DNA of 32,000 nucleotides from Vibrio vulnificus CMCP6 (GCF_000039765.1 NC_004460.2:570001-602000), one strand, 5' to 3'. Positions 1 to 9,680 are shown, counted from the stretch's first letter. Translations and numbers: made by a program. Notes: a model not told the origin generated them from the letters alone.

Positions 1-868
1 GCAATTCGCGGGTTCTTGCTTTGACGGCTCGCTTCAGCACGATGATGTAAGCAAGGGAAGTCAGCCCAAAAAGAGCAAGTATCGAAGGGAACAAAAATTT
101 CGGGTAGACGGTTTGTACCGTGATCCAACTGGTGATCGTTCGCTCTATCAATTCTTCCCCCACCACCTTAAAACCGGCGTTAATGGTCGAAAGCAGTGCA
201 CTCCCCTCTGCTACCGCTGGGCGAATCTCACCGGAATAGAGATAAAGTGCAGGAATAAAAGTGACGGTTTGAGCAGTGGTGTAGATATAAAAATTAGCGA
301 CTTGGAGATCGGCAACAAAAGCGTCGATTTCTTCTCGAAACGCCGCCTCCATCATCAAGCGGTTATTCTTGAATCTAACCAGCGGTAACTTAGGGAAATG
401 AGTTTGAACAAAGTACTCTTCATAACCCCCTTCCACCACACCCACACCTCGATTACCGTCTCCAGTGAGAAAAAAGTTGAGATCTGTCGTGATGATCCTT
501 TGACTTAGATAGAGCTGAGTATTGATCGTCATAATAGGTTCAGCGAAATCAAACCTTAGCTCTCTTGGCTCAGACCACAACATCCCAGCGTGCACGTCTG
601 CTTTGCCTTCTTCCACCGCGGTTAACGAATCATTCCAATCCACAAGTACAAACTCAATGTCGACACCATTTTGCTCACCGTACAGCTTCCAGAGATCAAT
701 CAAGATGCCTCTTGGACTCCCATCTTCTGCTAGATAAGAGAACGGCTTCCAAGCCTTGGAATTGGTGACTCGAAGCGTTTTTCTTTCTTGCTCTTTAGCG
801 CTAACAAAAATGGAAAACAGGCCAATTAAGCTGAACGCAAGCAGTAATATTGCGGATTTTTTCATCAT
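1..868 (-). CDS. Periplasmic solute-binding (family 3 type) sensor protein, C-terminus beyond window; ends in TM plus linker
   Basis: Manual reverse translation from ATG at 868 gives MMKKSAILLLAFSLIGLF... signal peptide, then KAWKPFSYL..DGSPRGILIDLWKLYGEQ and DWNDSLTAVEEGKADVHAGMLWSEPRE, typical of SBP_bac_3 domains. Near base 1 it reads ILALFGLTSLAYIIVLKRAVKARTREL, a TM helix plus linker. Open to the window edge, hence absent from the ORF track. Confidence 0.75.
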   Translation of the reverse strand, partial: MMKKSAILLLAFSLIGLFSIFVSAKEQERKTLRVTNSKAWKPFSYLAEDGSPRGILIDLWKLYGEQNGVDIEFVLVDWNDSLTAVEEGKADVHAGMLWSEPRELRFDFAEPIMTINTQLYLSQRIITTDLNFFLTGDGNRGVGVVEGGYEEYFVQTHFPKLPLVRFKNNRLMMEAAFREEIDAFVADLQVANFYIYTTAQTVTFIPALYLYSGEIRPAVAEGSALLSTINAGFKVVGEELIERTITSWITVQTVYPKFLFPSILALFGLTSLAYIIVLKRAVKARTREL

Positions 869-1179
869 TGTTTTAAGTGAGTGCACCTTGTCAGGAGGAG
901 AAATTCTCGTCCGCTATTTCTCATTGATGAACACGCCAAATTCATATGGTCAGTACAACGAAGCCATTAAAATAATTAAGCGACATGTCAATTATAAGCG
1001 TTGTTCTAGAGTTTGTAGTGATATCGTTAACGTTAGAATTTTCAATTATTGATAGAATAATAACTCTAAGCAACAGAGATTTTTATAAATTATTTTATGA
1101 CAAAAATGAGCTAAAGATCTCGCTAAGTGTTAACGTCTCTGCTACTTTATCGCCATTTTTGATCGTTTCACAATTTAAC

Positions 1180-2343
1180 ATGCCAACGCAGTACCGAATT
1201 AATAAAATCGTTGAAATTGGAGATACTCTGCATCGTAGTGGCTGTGCGCCTTACAAAGTAGAAAAGTACGCTCAATACTATGCGCAAAAACACGATGTTG
1301 ATGTCATGATTCAGGCGACGCCAACCGCGATTAACTATCAGTTTTCTGATGAAAACAACACCGTCGTCATGAAACGCCTAAAACCAGCATCCATCAACTT
1401 AAGTTTGCTGGCAAATACCATTATTCGCATTAACCAACCCAGCCATGAACCTGTCCCTGAGCCCGTTGGCTATTCCAAATGGGTGATTGCGATGGCAAAC
1501 ATGGGCATACCGCCGGCCTATTTAATGTTGGTGGGCAGCACATTAGAAGCGGTGGGAATCGCGTTTTTGCTGGGGCTGATGGTATGGCTTTGCCAGCAAG
1601 TGTTCCATTCTCGTCGTTCTATTGCAGTCGAATTTTTCTCTGCCCTGCTTACTGGTATTTGTGTCGCGTACTTAGCCAACAGTGGATTGCCGATCCCCGT
1701 CTGGGCACTGTGTGTCGCCTCGGTTATCTTGTTTGTTCCTGGCCTATCCATTGCTAACTCTTTGGAATGTTTGGCTTTTAACGATTTAATTTCCGGCACC
1801 AGTTTACTTGGCCAGAGTGCGCTCACCTTAATTAAGCTGTTTGTGGGTATTGTCATGGGGCTGAATATCGGTGAAGCGATATGGGGACAAGCGGAGTCGA
1901 TTTCCTACACCAATGAAGTGCCGTTTTGGATGCATATCTTCGGTCTATTTTTGCTGTCAATTTCACTCGGCATTTTGTTTAATGCGCGCCCAATAGACAT
2001 CTTACTTGGCTTACCTGTTGCCATGCTGGGCATGTGGGGACCGTTCTACCTTGGTTTTGAAAGTGGCTGGGTGGTAGGTACTTGGGTGACCACGGTGCTA
2101 ATTACCCTTTACGGCACTTGGTTGGCAAAGAAAATGGAGCTGACTGGCTCTATCTATATCGTACAAGGCATTATTATTTTGGTCCCTGGCAGCCGGGTAT
2201 TGATCAGCGCCAGCCAATCGGTGTTTGAGCAGTCAATTCTACCAATCCCAAGTATTGGTCTCTCAGCGCTGTTCATGTTTTCTGCGATTGTGGCCGGACA
2301 AATCACCGCGTACGCGATTTACTCACCAAAAATTGAACACTAA
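1180..2343 (+). CDS. Threonine/serine exporter family protein (ThrE-like)
   Basis: ORF 985..2343. The likely start is internal ([30 protein letters not shown]). N-terminal cytosolic domain, then about 10 hydrophobic segments as in fused ThrE/DUF1212 proteins. No clear Shine-Dalgarno before 1180, so the start is uncertain. Confidence 0.75.
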   Translation: MPTQYRINKIVEIGDTLHRSGCAPYKVEKYAQYYAQKHDVDVMIQATPTAINYQFSDENNTVVMKRLKPASINLSLLANTIIRINQPSHEPVPEPVGYSKWVIAMANMGIPPAYLMLVGSTLEAVGIAFLLGLMVWLCQQVFHSRRSIAVEFFSALLTGICVAYLANSGLPIPVWALCVASVILFVPGLSIANSLECLAFNDLISGTSLLGQSALTLIKLFVGIVMGLNIGEAIWGQAESISYTNEVPFWMHIFGLFLLSISLGILFNARPIDILLGLPVAMLGMWGPFYLGFESGWVVGTWVTTVLITLYGTWLAKKMELTGSIYIVQGIIILVPGSRVLISASQSVFEQSILPIPSIGLSALFMFSAIVAGQITAYAIYSPKIEH

Positions 2344-2581
2344 GCGCCGATAAAGAAAGAGCCCTATTCAAAACTGATTCTCTTATCAACTTTGAGTAGG
2401 GCTCTTTGCCTCTGTGCTTCGCTTTTCGTTGGAAGCTGCCTTTGCCTTTTTTCGCTTTGACCACACGGGTTCGAAATAGCTGGCTGGTCACTAATGCTTT
2501 TAATGCATTATCGTTAATGGTTCCTCGCCCGATTTCAGTGTCTACACTGACTTCTGCGAGATATTCTTGTTTCTTTTTCAT
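2303..2581 (-). CDS. arfA: Alternative ribosome-rescue factor A (ArfA)-like protein; probably truncated in vivo at the internal hairpin
   Basis: [37 protein letters not shown] matches the ArfA core (DNAL.ALL...LFR.RV...KKGKGSY.RK.KH). Coding sequence contains a long hairpin downstream of this core. Confidence 0.8.
   Translation of the reverse strand: MKKKQEYLAEVSVDTEIGRGTINDNALKALVTSQLFRTRVVKAKKGKGSFQRKAKHRGKEPYSKLIRESVLNRALSLSALSVQFLVSKSRTR
2356..2407. promoter_or_regulatory. Long hairpin within the arfA-like coding region; also immediately downstream of the convergent exporter gene
   Basis: + strand AAAGAGCCCTATTCAAAACTGATTCTCTTATCAACTTTGAGTAGGGCTCTTT. AAAGAGCCCTA pairs with TAGGGCTCTTT; after one mismatch, pairing continues through TCAAA/TTTGA and an inner TGAT/ATCA. 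Confidence 0.85.
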
Positions 2582-2920
2582 CGTTACCTCAAATAAATGG
2601 TGAGACTTTTATAAAGTCGCGCTATTGAAAGGCAAAATATCATCACTGTCAATTCCCCGCTCTTAAAAAACACACTTAAACAGGGGCCATATTTTCATTT
2701 ACTGGCCCGATGAGACAGGCAAAGATTTTGCAAAATATCGCAAACCAACCCAACAAATATAATAAGCCTCTGTTTTACGCTGCGTTATTTTGTAAAAAGA
2801 CTAATTAATTGGAAACAAAACAGTGATTCGCTACAAAGATTCTAACTTTCCCTAGCGTGAGTCGTTGACTCCTGCAACCGATCTCCTAGACTCTTGTCTG
2901 GTTGGAAAGAAAGTCTTTGT

Positions 2921-2949
2921 TTTACACATTTCGCTGGATTACATATAAA
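2921..2949 (+). promoter_or_regulatory. Candidate sigma70 promoter of cold-shock gene
   Basis: TTTACA (2921-2926), 17-nt spacer, TATAAA (2944-2949), about 90 nt upstream of the csp ATG. Confidence 0.55.
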
Positions 2950-3040
2950 CCCTCGGTGTGCGACACAATAGAGTTTTTTCTACAAGCAATACTAGTCGCT
3001 AACCCGACTCAATAGTTTTTTAAAGAGATAGGATTTACAC

Positions 3041-3250
3041 ATGTCTAACACAGTAACCGGCACCGTAAAATGGTTTAACGAAACTAAAGGCTTTGGCTTC
3101 ATCAAGCAAGAAAACGGCCCGGACGTTTTTGCACACTTCTCTGCTATCAAAGGTGATGGCTTCCGCACTCTTGCTGAAGGTCAGAAAGTTTCTTTCGTCA
3201 TCTCTCAAGGCCAAAAAGGTCCTCAAGCAGAAGAGATCACACTGCTTTAA
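3041..3250 (+). CDS. CspA-family cold-shock protein
   Basis: [36 protein letters not shown]...: RNP1-like KGFGFI and RNP2-like VFAHFS motifs, 69 aa. Confidence 0.97.
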   Translation: MSNTVTGTVKWFNETKGFGFIKQENGPDVFAHFSAIKGDGFRTLAEGQKVSFVISQGQKGPQAEEITLL

Positions 3251-3324
3251 TTAGACTGGACATTTTTACGGTAGCCAGCCATAGTGCTGGCTATTTTTAT
3301 GGCTAGAGATAAGTAACTGAAACC

Positions 3325-3864
3325 ATGGCTCTTAAACCCACCATCTACAAATTCCGCATCAATCTCACTGATATCAATCGCGATCACTTCGATACCTTGT
3401 CTATCACCACCGCGCTGCATCCATCAGAAAAAGTCGAACGCCTCGCGGCCCGATTGCTCGCGTTTTGCCTGCATGCTCAACCAGAGCTTGTTTTCACCAA
3501 AGGTCTATCCACGATTGAGGAACCAGACGTCTGGAAAAAAGAGCTCGACGATTCGATCGCAGTGTGGATTGACGTCGGTGAGCCTGAGGCCGATAGAATT
3601 AAAAAAGCCACTCGCCAAGCTAAATCCGTGTTTGTTTATAGCTTTAATCAGAAGTCTTCCGTTTGGTGGGAAAAGCACAAAGGCAAATTTCAACAGTTAC
3701 CCGTTTCTGTTTGCCAATTTGATGCCGATGCCATTGAACAACTCGCCAATCAATTACAACGTGGCAGCTCGCTGTCTGTCATGATCAGCGGAAACTCTGT
3801 GTTTATAGATGGCGATTCGTTCCATCAACAAGTCGATTGGCAGGTACTGCAAAGCAATGAGTGA
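3325..3864 (+). CDS. yaeQ: YaeQ family protein
   Basis: MALKPTIYKFRINLTDINRDHFDTLSITTALHPSEKVERLAARLLAFCLHA... typical YaeQ N-terminus and length (179 aa). Confidence 0.9.
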   Translation: MALKPTIYKFRINLTDINRDHFDTLSITTALHPSEKVERLAARLLAFCLHAQPELVFTKGLSTIEEPDVWKKELDDSIAVWIDVGEPEADRIKKATRQAKSVFVYSFNQKSSVWWEKHKGKFQQLPVSVCQFDADAIEQLANQLQRGSSLSVMISGNSVFIDGDSFHQQVDWQVLQSNE

Positions 3865-4396
3865 GTTAAAGGACGCGCTGGCAGAGGCTGGCGTATTCAC
3901 GTTGGAGTACGTCAACAACAACCAGGATGCATTGGCACGATTTTGCGATGCGCAGAATGCCTTGTTTCAACGAGTATGCGAAAACAAACCCGAAACGCCA
4001 ACCACGCTCCATTTACTCGGGCTTCTCACTAAAAGCCATATTGAGATACTGGCTCAATTTGTTTCTGACAAGGAAAGTCGGTTGGCCATGAAAGACGTTT
4101 TGCAAACTTCACTAGGCGCACAATCCAGCGACAAGTTTAACGATGTGGTGTTGCAAGACCTGCTGATGATTTCCACCTTGTGGATTTTCGTTCAAGGCCG
4201 TCTCAAGATGGATTTCAGCCTTGCCAATGATCACGCAGCAGAAACGGCGCAACACGTGGCTCCTTTTCTCGCTGTAGACGCCGATGTGATTCGTAGTGAG
4301 TTGATGCAGAGTTTCTATCAAGGCAAAGCGCTCTATCAACGCCAACAGGATAAACCGAGCCTATGGCAGCGATTTCTTAACCATTTATCCTCATAA
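3857..4396 (+). CDS. Conserved hypothetical protein, translationally coupled to yaeQ
   Basis: ORF 3809..4396. The likely ATG at 3857 (MSELKDALAEAGVF) overlaps the yaeQ stop by 8 nt. Confidence 0.7.
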   Translation: MSELKDALAEAGVFTLEYVNNNQDALARFCDAQNALFQRVCENKPETPTTLHLLGLLTKSHIEILAQFVSDKESRLAMKDVLQTSLGAQSSDKFNDVVLQDLLMISTLWIFVQGRLKMDFSLANDHAAETAQHVAPFLAVDADVIRSELMQSFYQGKALYQRQQDKPSLWQRFLNHLSS

Positions 4397-4464
4397 AACA
4401 CCCGGTTTTATAACATCTTAAAGCCTGATAGACTTTCGCCACTTAAACATTACGGAAGTCTATC

Positions 4465-4824
4465 ATGCAGTTAATTCGTTGGTTTCTCGGTAAACTCATT
4501 CTTTTAGTGGACACGCTCTTCTCGCCAAAAGGCCTCAAACGCTCACCTGAAGCACAAAGCAAAGTCGATGAGAAGGCAACGCACTACGCACTTTATCAAT
4601 TTGCCGCCTGCCCTTTTTGCGTCAAAGTACGCAGAGCGATGAAGCGACAATCCGTTACTATCGAGCTGCGTGATGCCAAAAACGATGCACAGCATCGTCG
4701 TGAACTGGAGCAAGGCGGCGGAAAAATCAAAGTGCCTTGTTTAAGAATTGAGGAAAACGGTCAAACACGTTGGATGTATGAATCGAGTGATATCGTGGCG
4801 TACTTAGAGAAAACTTTCCCTTAA
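4465..4824 (+). CDS. Glutaredoxin-like protein with N-terminal hydrophobic segment
   Basis: ALYQFAACPFCVKVRRAMKR (CPFC active site), then KVPCLRIEENGQTRWMYESSDIVAYLEKTF. Confidence 0.88.
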   Translation: MQLIRWFLGKLILLVDTLFSPKGLKRSPEAQSKVDEKATHYALYQFAACPFCVKVRRAMKRQSVTIELRDAKNDAQHRRELEQGGGKIKVPCLRIEENGQTRWMYESSDIVAYLEKTFP

Positions 4825-4852
4825 GCGTTTTTTTGCCCAAGGCACATATTAA

Positions 4853-4875
4853 AAAAGGCACGTTAAGTGCCTTTT
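4853..4875. terminator. Bidirectional hairpin between convergent genes
   Basis: AAAAGGCAC-GTTAA-GTGCCTTTT. Confidence 0.65.
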
Positions 4876-4917
4876 GCCATTTTTGTTCGTCTTATTTTTG
4901 CTCGTATTGCAGCTGTG

Positions 4918-5514
4918 TTATTTGGTTACAATCAGCATCAGTTCGACACGTCTGTTGCACTTGCGTCCGTTGATTGAGGTGTTACTGCAGGCTGGAAGGT
5001 ATTCACCATAACCCCGAGTATAGACTCTGGATTCCGGTACTCTCGACATTAACAACTGCTTTTTCACCTCTTCTGCTCTACGCTCAGAAAGAGAATTGTT
5101 GAAACCTGTCGTCCCCGTGCTATCGGCATGGCCATCAATCACAATATCCACATCGCTTCTCTGATTCAGATAGTTGCCTAACAGCCCTATCCATCGAGCA
5201 GATACAGGGGAAACTTCCGCAGAACCAGTTTTGAAATGAATCGTCTCCGTAAGATGAATCATGATGTGATCACCAGGTAAGATTTGGTATTGAATCGCAT
5301 TACGTTGCAGAAACGATTGTAAAGAGTCTGACTGTACCTGAGGCTTCTGTGCTTGCATCATTTGAGGCGGTGGAGGAGAAACCTCTTCACCACCCCATTC
5401 AGGATAAACCAACTCCTCATTGGTTTTCGGTGCGACATCGAGCATGTTTGGCGGTACGATCAAATTCGCACACCCCGACAACAATACACATGCAAACAAA
5501 CTTTGTTTTTTCAT
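4918..5514 (-). CDS. OmpA-family lipoprotein
   Basis: MKKQSLFACVLLSGCANL lipobox (ATG at 5514). C-terminal OmpA-type domain: VDIVIDGHADSTGTTGFNNSLSERRAEEVKKQLL...RVYTRGYGEYLPACSN...NRRVEL. Confidence 0.9.
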   Translation of the reverse strand: MKKQSLFACVLLSGCANLIVPPNMLDVAPKTNEELVYPEWGGEEVSPPPPQMMQAQKPQVQSDSLQSFLQRNAIQYQILPGDHIMIHLTETIHFKTGSAEVSPVSARWIGLLGNYLNQRSDVDIVIDGHADSTGTTGFNNSLSERRAEEVKKQLLMSRVPESRVYTRGYGEYLPACSNTSINGRKCNRRVELMLIVTK

Positions 5515-5732
5515 CAGCACAACCCAAAAAGCTCTAACTAGTCCTCTTGTATAGTATCGACCAGTTAGCAAAATCTTTAGGTTTTTCTTCGGTTTTCATC
5601 ACGATTGCTTGCCAAAGCATCGCCAGAGCTTTGAGATATTGTTTCAAAGTGCAAGTTATCAAAAATTATCGGTTTTCGCCTTGCCGCTAAGCCGTTAAAC
5701 TTAGGCCTATTTTCTACTATTTTGAGTTGATT

Positions 5733-6359
5733 ATGCTAAACCGAATTAAGCACATCTCACTGCTTTTGCTTGCTGCGCTGGCGTTAGCCGCTTGTAGTGA
5801 CAATAACCAACCCACTGAAGGCGTTCAGTACAAAACCTTGGCGAAATCTCTAACAAGTTACCAGCTACCTGAGGTGACCGAAGTCTTCTCACTGACTTGT
5901 GGCCACTGCCGCACAATGGAAAGTGTGATTCCCCAGTTGCAAGAACAAACGGGCAAAACGTTTGGCAAACTGCATGTGACTTTCAATGACAGCGCTCAAA
6001 TCAGTGCCTTCATCTTCTACACCGCGGTGATGCAGCTAAATGACATCCCAGATCATGACTTTATGAATGAGCTTTTTGCCGCAGTCCAAATGGGGCCGGA
6101 AGTGTCTGGGGTGGAAAAACAGCAAGCGCTCGAAGCCGCTTTTGAGAAACGTGGTTTGGTAAGCCCATACCAGCTTGAAAAAGCACAGCAAGAAAAAATG
6201 TTTGAGTTGTTCCAAAACGCAGATGAGATTTCGCAGGTCGCACAAATCAACTCGGTACCGACTTTCATCGTCAACGGTAAATACCAAGTCATCACTTCTG
6301 CACACCAAAATGCGGAAGAAATCGGTAACACCATCAAATTTTTGCTTAGCAAACCTTAA
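5733..6359 (+). CDS. DsbA-family thiol:disulfide oxidoreductase, predicted lipoprotein
   Basis: MLNRIKHISLLLLAALALAACSD lipobox; VFSLTCGHCRTME (CGHC active site); QINSVPTFIVNGKYQV with cis-Pro loop. Confidence 0.88.
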   Translation: MLNRIKHISLLLLAALALAACSDNNQPTEGVQYKTLAKSLTSYQLPEVTEVFSLTCGHCRTMESVIPQLQEQTGKTFGKLHVTFNDSAQISAFIFYTAVMQLNDIPDHDFMNELFAAVQMGPEVSGVEKQQALEAAFEKRGLVSPYQLEKAQQEKMFELFQNADEISQVAQINSVPTFIVNGKYQVITSAHQNAEEIGNTIKFLLSKP

Positions 6360-6376
6360 CGGAATAGAGGTATTAC

Positions 6377-6850
6377 GTGTCTAAATTAATCCTACCCCTG
6401 ATCATTCTAGTGCTTGCGGTTTTTATGATTTATCGCACTTGGAACAATCATAAAGCAGCAGAAGTGAACTTTGAAAAAGGCCAAGCATTCTTGCTAGAAA
6501 ACAGTAAAAAAGAAGGTGTGATAACCACCGAAAGTGGCCTGCAGTACCAAGTATTAGAAAAAGGTCACGGCGACAAGCACCCTAGCGCGAGCAGTAAAGT
6601 TAAAGTCCATTATCATGGCATGCTTACGGATGGAACTGTATTCGACAGCTCTGTTGAGCGCGGTTCGCCAATCAGTTTTAATCTCAACCAAGTCATCAAA
6701 GGCTGGCAAGAAGGCCTTCAATATATGGTTGAAGGTGAGAAAGTACGCCTCTTTATCCCTAGCACTTTAGGTTATGGTAAAGGCGGCTCTGGCCCAATTC
6801 CACCAGCCAGTGTGTTGATCTTTGATGTTGAGTTATTGGAAATTCAATAA
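6377..6850 (+). CDS. FKBP-type peptidyl-prolyl isomerase with N-terminal membrane anchor
   Basis: N-terminal [16 protein letters not shown] anchor; [13 protein letters not shown]...[44 protein letters not shown] is a classic FKBP fold signature. Confidence 0.93.
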   Translation: MSKLILPLIILVLAVFMIYRTWNNHKAAEVNFEKGQAFLLENSKKEGVITTESGLQYQVLEKGHGDKHPSASSKVKVHYHGMLTDGTVFDSSVERGSPISFNLNQVIKGWQEGLQYMVEGEKVRLFIPSTLGYGKGGSGPIPPASVLIFDVELLEIQ

Positions 6851-6873
6851 CACCAAACGCATGCAAAACCATC

Positions 6874-6907
6874 AACCACAATGCCACCAACAGGTGGCAT
6901 TGTGGTT
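6874..6907. terminator. Bidirectional terminator hairpin
   Basis: AACCACAATGCCACC-AACA-GGTGGCATTGTGGTT followed by a T run, between convergent genes. Confidence 0.8.
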
Positions 6908-6925
6908 TTTCGCTGCAAAGCGCTT

Positions 6926-7528
6926 TTAGTTCACCGGATAGAACACCAGCTCACCATTTTCCACCATCACGCAGTCCATTTTCGCGGCATGAGCGGCTTG
7001 CTTTCCAAGCTCGGTGTCTTCGAAAACGACACACTCATTTGCAGGCAGCCCCAATTGCTGCGCTGCCAACAAAAAGGTATCTGGATGCGGTTTGTGATTC
7101 TGCACCTCTGTGGCACTGACGAGCGCATCCAATTTATCAAGTAAGTTGGCTTTGGCCAGCAGACGAATCGCACTCTCTCTTTGGCTGCCCGTTCCCACTG
7201 CTATTTTCTTTTGACCCAAATACTTTTCTAAGACTCGGTGTGTACATTCGATCGCGTCTCCGTGCTCATCCAATGCCGCAAAAGCTGCCATTTTGAATTG
7301 AGAAACATCCATTGCTACCAGCGATAAACCGTACTTTTTATTAATCTCTGCGGCTATTTTAAAACTCGGCATGCCTCCCAAGCTGTGGATCCACTGCTGT
7401 TCAAACGGAAACTGAAAATGCTCTGCTGTTTTTTCCCAAGCGATAAGATGTGCCGGCATAGTGTCAATTAAGGTGCCATCCATATCAAAAATAAAGCCGG
7501 TGTAGCCGTTAAAAGGGATTTCACTCAT
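6926..7528 (-). CDS. yqaB: HAD-superfamily phosphatase, YqaB-like (beta-phosphoglucomutase family)
   Basis: FIFDMDGTLIDTMPAHLIAWEKTAEHF; AVGTGSQRESAIRLL; NHKPHPDTFLLAAQQLG...CVVFEDTELGKQAAHAAKM. Confidence 0.9.
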   Translation of the reverse strand: MSEIPFNGYTGFIFDMDGTLIDTMPAHLIAWEKTAEHFQFPFEQQWIHSLGGMPSFKIAAEINKKYGLSLVAMDVSQFKMAAFAALDEHGDAIECTHRVLEKYLGQKKIAVGTGSQRESAIRLLAKANLLDKLDALVSATEVQNHKPHPDTFLLAAQQLGLPANECVVFEDTELGKQAAHAAKMDCVMVENGELVFYPVN

Positions 7529-7790
7529 GAGGTTAATTCTTTCTTATTTCGTGATTTTTGATTAAACGATTCTACACTTATAAGAATCTTTAGGAATCCG
7601 TACGTAGAAAGTTAATGAAAAATTGGCCTTTGAAAGAGACAAAAGTGAACAAAAAGGAAAAATGCACTATTAAGGTTAGTATTTGGTAATGGCGCTGTAT
7701 TGGAACTGTCTCAAAATTAAAACTAACCATTTAACAGTGGGTTATAAAGATAAAAAACTAGAGCTAGGTGCAAATAAAGTTATTAATAAT

Positions 7791-7819
7791 TTAGTCAATT
7801 TAAGTGAGCGCTGTATAAT
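7791..7819 (+). promoter_or_regulatory. Candidate promoter upstream of chemotaxis receptor
   Basis: Perfect TATAAT at 7814-7819, 17 nt after a weak -35 (TTAGTC, 7791-7796), 42 nt upstream of the ATG at 7862. Confidence 0.4.
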
Positions 7820-7861
7820 CTCGCCAAATTATATACTGCTTACATATCAAAGGTGTTAAGT

Positions 7862-9635
7862 ATGACTATCAAGCAGAAGCTCTATGCGTTAGGTGCAATA
7901 GGCCATTCTCGGTATCATTACCCTTCTATTCACCTCAAACCACTTTGTGGATAAATCCAACCAATTACAGCAGGCCATTAAGTTGGTCGGTGACTTGGAA
8001 ATTCGTCTCCTCAACCTACGTCGAAACGAAAAAGATTTCTTATTGCGAAGCGACGCAAAATATCTCAGCTCGTTTGATAAAAACGTCGACATATTTGTGA
8101 ACACTGAAAAGCAGTTGGAAGCTATTTTGGACGCCAATGACCTTCCATCCAGCGCCCAGTTTAGACAAGACTTACTCAAGTACCAGAAAGGCTTCCAGAC
8201 CCTTGTTGCCGCTTCTCAAACCTTAGGGCTTTCTAACGAGCAAGGCTTGCTCGCCAGCTACTTTACTGCTCTGGACGCCGTTGAACAGAATGCCGATGCC
8301 GACCAATTATTGAAACTCATCGAGTTTAATAGTGCGACGCTCAAAGGGGATCTGCAAGAGAACCTCCTTGCCGGTCTTAGCAACACACAAACATTGACTC
8401 GCGCCGCTAAAGAGGTGGTGAATCAGCGTGTGGTTATTGGTGTCGCTTACAACAAAGGTTTGCTGGGCGATGTTCGCAATCTCTCCCACCAAGTTGAAGA
8501 GCAGTTTAAATCATTTTCTAAAGCACTGAATGAAGCCAATGCCACTCAAGAAGAAGAAATGGGTGTGGTAAAACAGATCATCACGCTCGGTTTGCTGGCG
8601 CTGCTGGTGATTGTTATCTTGCAAATTTCTCGCTCGATTAACAATCAAGTCCATGCCCTTGCCACCACGATTAAAGCCATTTCTGAAAGCAACAACATTG
8701 GTTTACGAAGCGAGCTGAAAGGAAACGATGAGTTAACGATGATTGGCCAACAACTGAATACTTTGTTGGAAAAAATCGAACAGCTGATTTTCAGCTCCCA
8801 AGAAAAATCGTCTCAGCTCACCAGCAGCACTAATAATATGCACACTGAGCTTGAAGGCGTGATCGAGCAGTTCCACGTTCAAGCGGATCACACCAGCACG
8901 ATGGCCACCTCTGTTCAAGAAATGGTGGCAACCATTGGTGAGATTTCTGAAAGCACCAATATTGCGGTGGAAGGTGTACAACAAGCGGCGAAGAATGCGG
9001 AATCTGGCCGTAACGTCGTGGAGTCGACCGTGAAAAACATCGATCAATTGACGGGCATCTTAGCTAACAGTCAACAGTCGATTGGTTCACTGAATGGCCA
9101 TGTCGAAAAAATTGGCGGCGCGGTCGAGATCATTCAAGGCATAGCAGAGCAAACTAACCTATTGGCGCTTAATGCGGCAATCGAAGCAGCTCGTGCTGGA
9201 GAACAAGGCCGAGGCTTTGCCGTGGTTGCGGATGAAGTTCGTGCTCTAGCCAGCCGCACCCATCAGTCAACAGAAGAGATCACGAAGGTGGTCTCAGCGA
9301 TCCAATCGCAAATGGCTAAAGTGGTATCAGATATCGACCAATGTAATGAACAAGGCCAAGAAACCCTACATGCATCTGAGCAGCTTGATTCAAGCCTGCG
9401 CCAGATCATCAATGATATGACCAATATTCAGGCCAACTCTGAACGCATCGCTTCAGCCATTGAAGAGCAAGGTGTGGTTATGGGCCAAGTAAGCGGCTCC
9501 ATTACCGAGCTGAACACCATTTCGGAAAACAACATGCACTCAGCACAAGAGTGTTTGAGAGAAGTTGACCTTGTCTCCGAACAAGCGCATTCGATGGACA
9601 ATGCGGTCGCTCAGTTTAAAACTCGGCAACGTTAA
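7862..9635 (+). CDS. Methyl-accepting chemotaxis protein with apparent +1-nt frameshift near 7901
   Basis: HAMP-type region plus [45 protein letters not shown] signalling tip. The ORF track begins at GTG 7947, but an N-terminus [13 protein letters not shown] starts at ATG 7862 in another frame and joins [19 protein letters not shown] if one G is removed at 7901/7902. Confidence 0.9.
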
Positions 9636-9657
9636 TAGCATTCATGCTAATAAAAAA

Positions 9658-9680
9658 ATGCCCCAACTCAGTTGGGGCAT
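9658..9680. terminator. Bidirectional terminator between MCP and RND gene
   Basis: ATGCCCCAAC-TCA-GTTGGGGCAT flanked by an A run (left) and TTTT (right). Confidence 0.85.

Noticed and set aside
113-388. 91-aa + strand ORF, plus ORFs 522..737 and 565..768
   Set aside because: Antisense or out of frame within the solute-binding sensor gene that runs off the left edge.
2604-2618. Palindrome GACTTTTATAAAGTC upstream of arfA-like gene
   Set aside because: Short, AT-rich and likely by chance. No second copy found, so no regulator site claimed.
3035-3226. 63-aa - strand ORF
   Set aside because: Antisense to the cold-shock gene.
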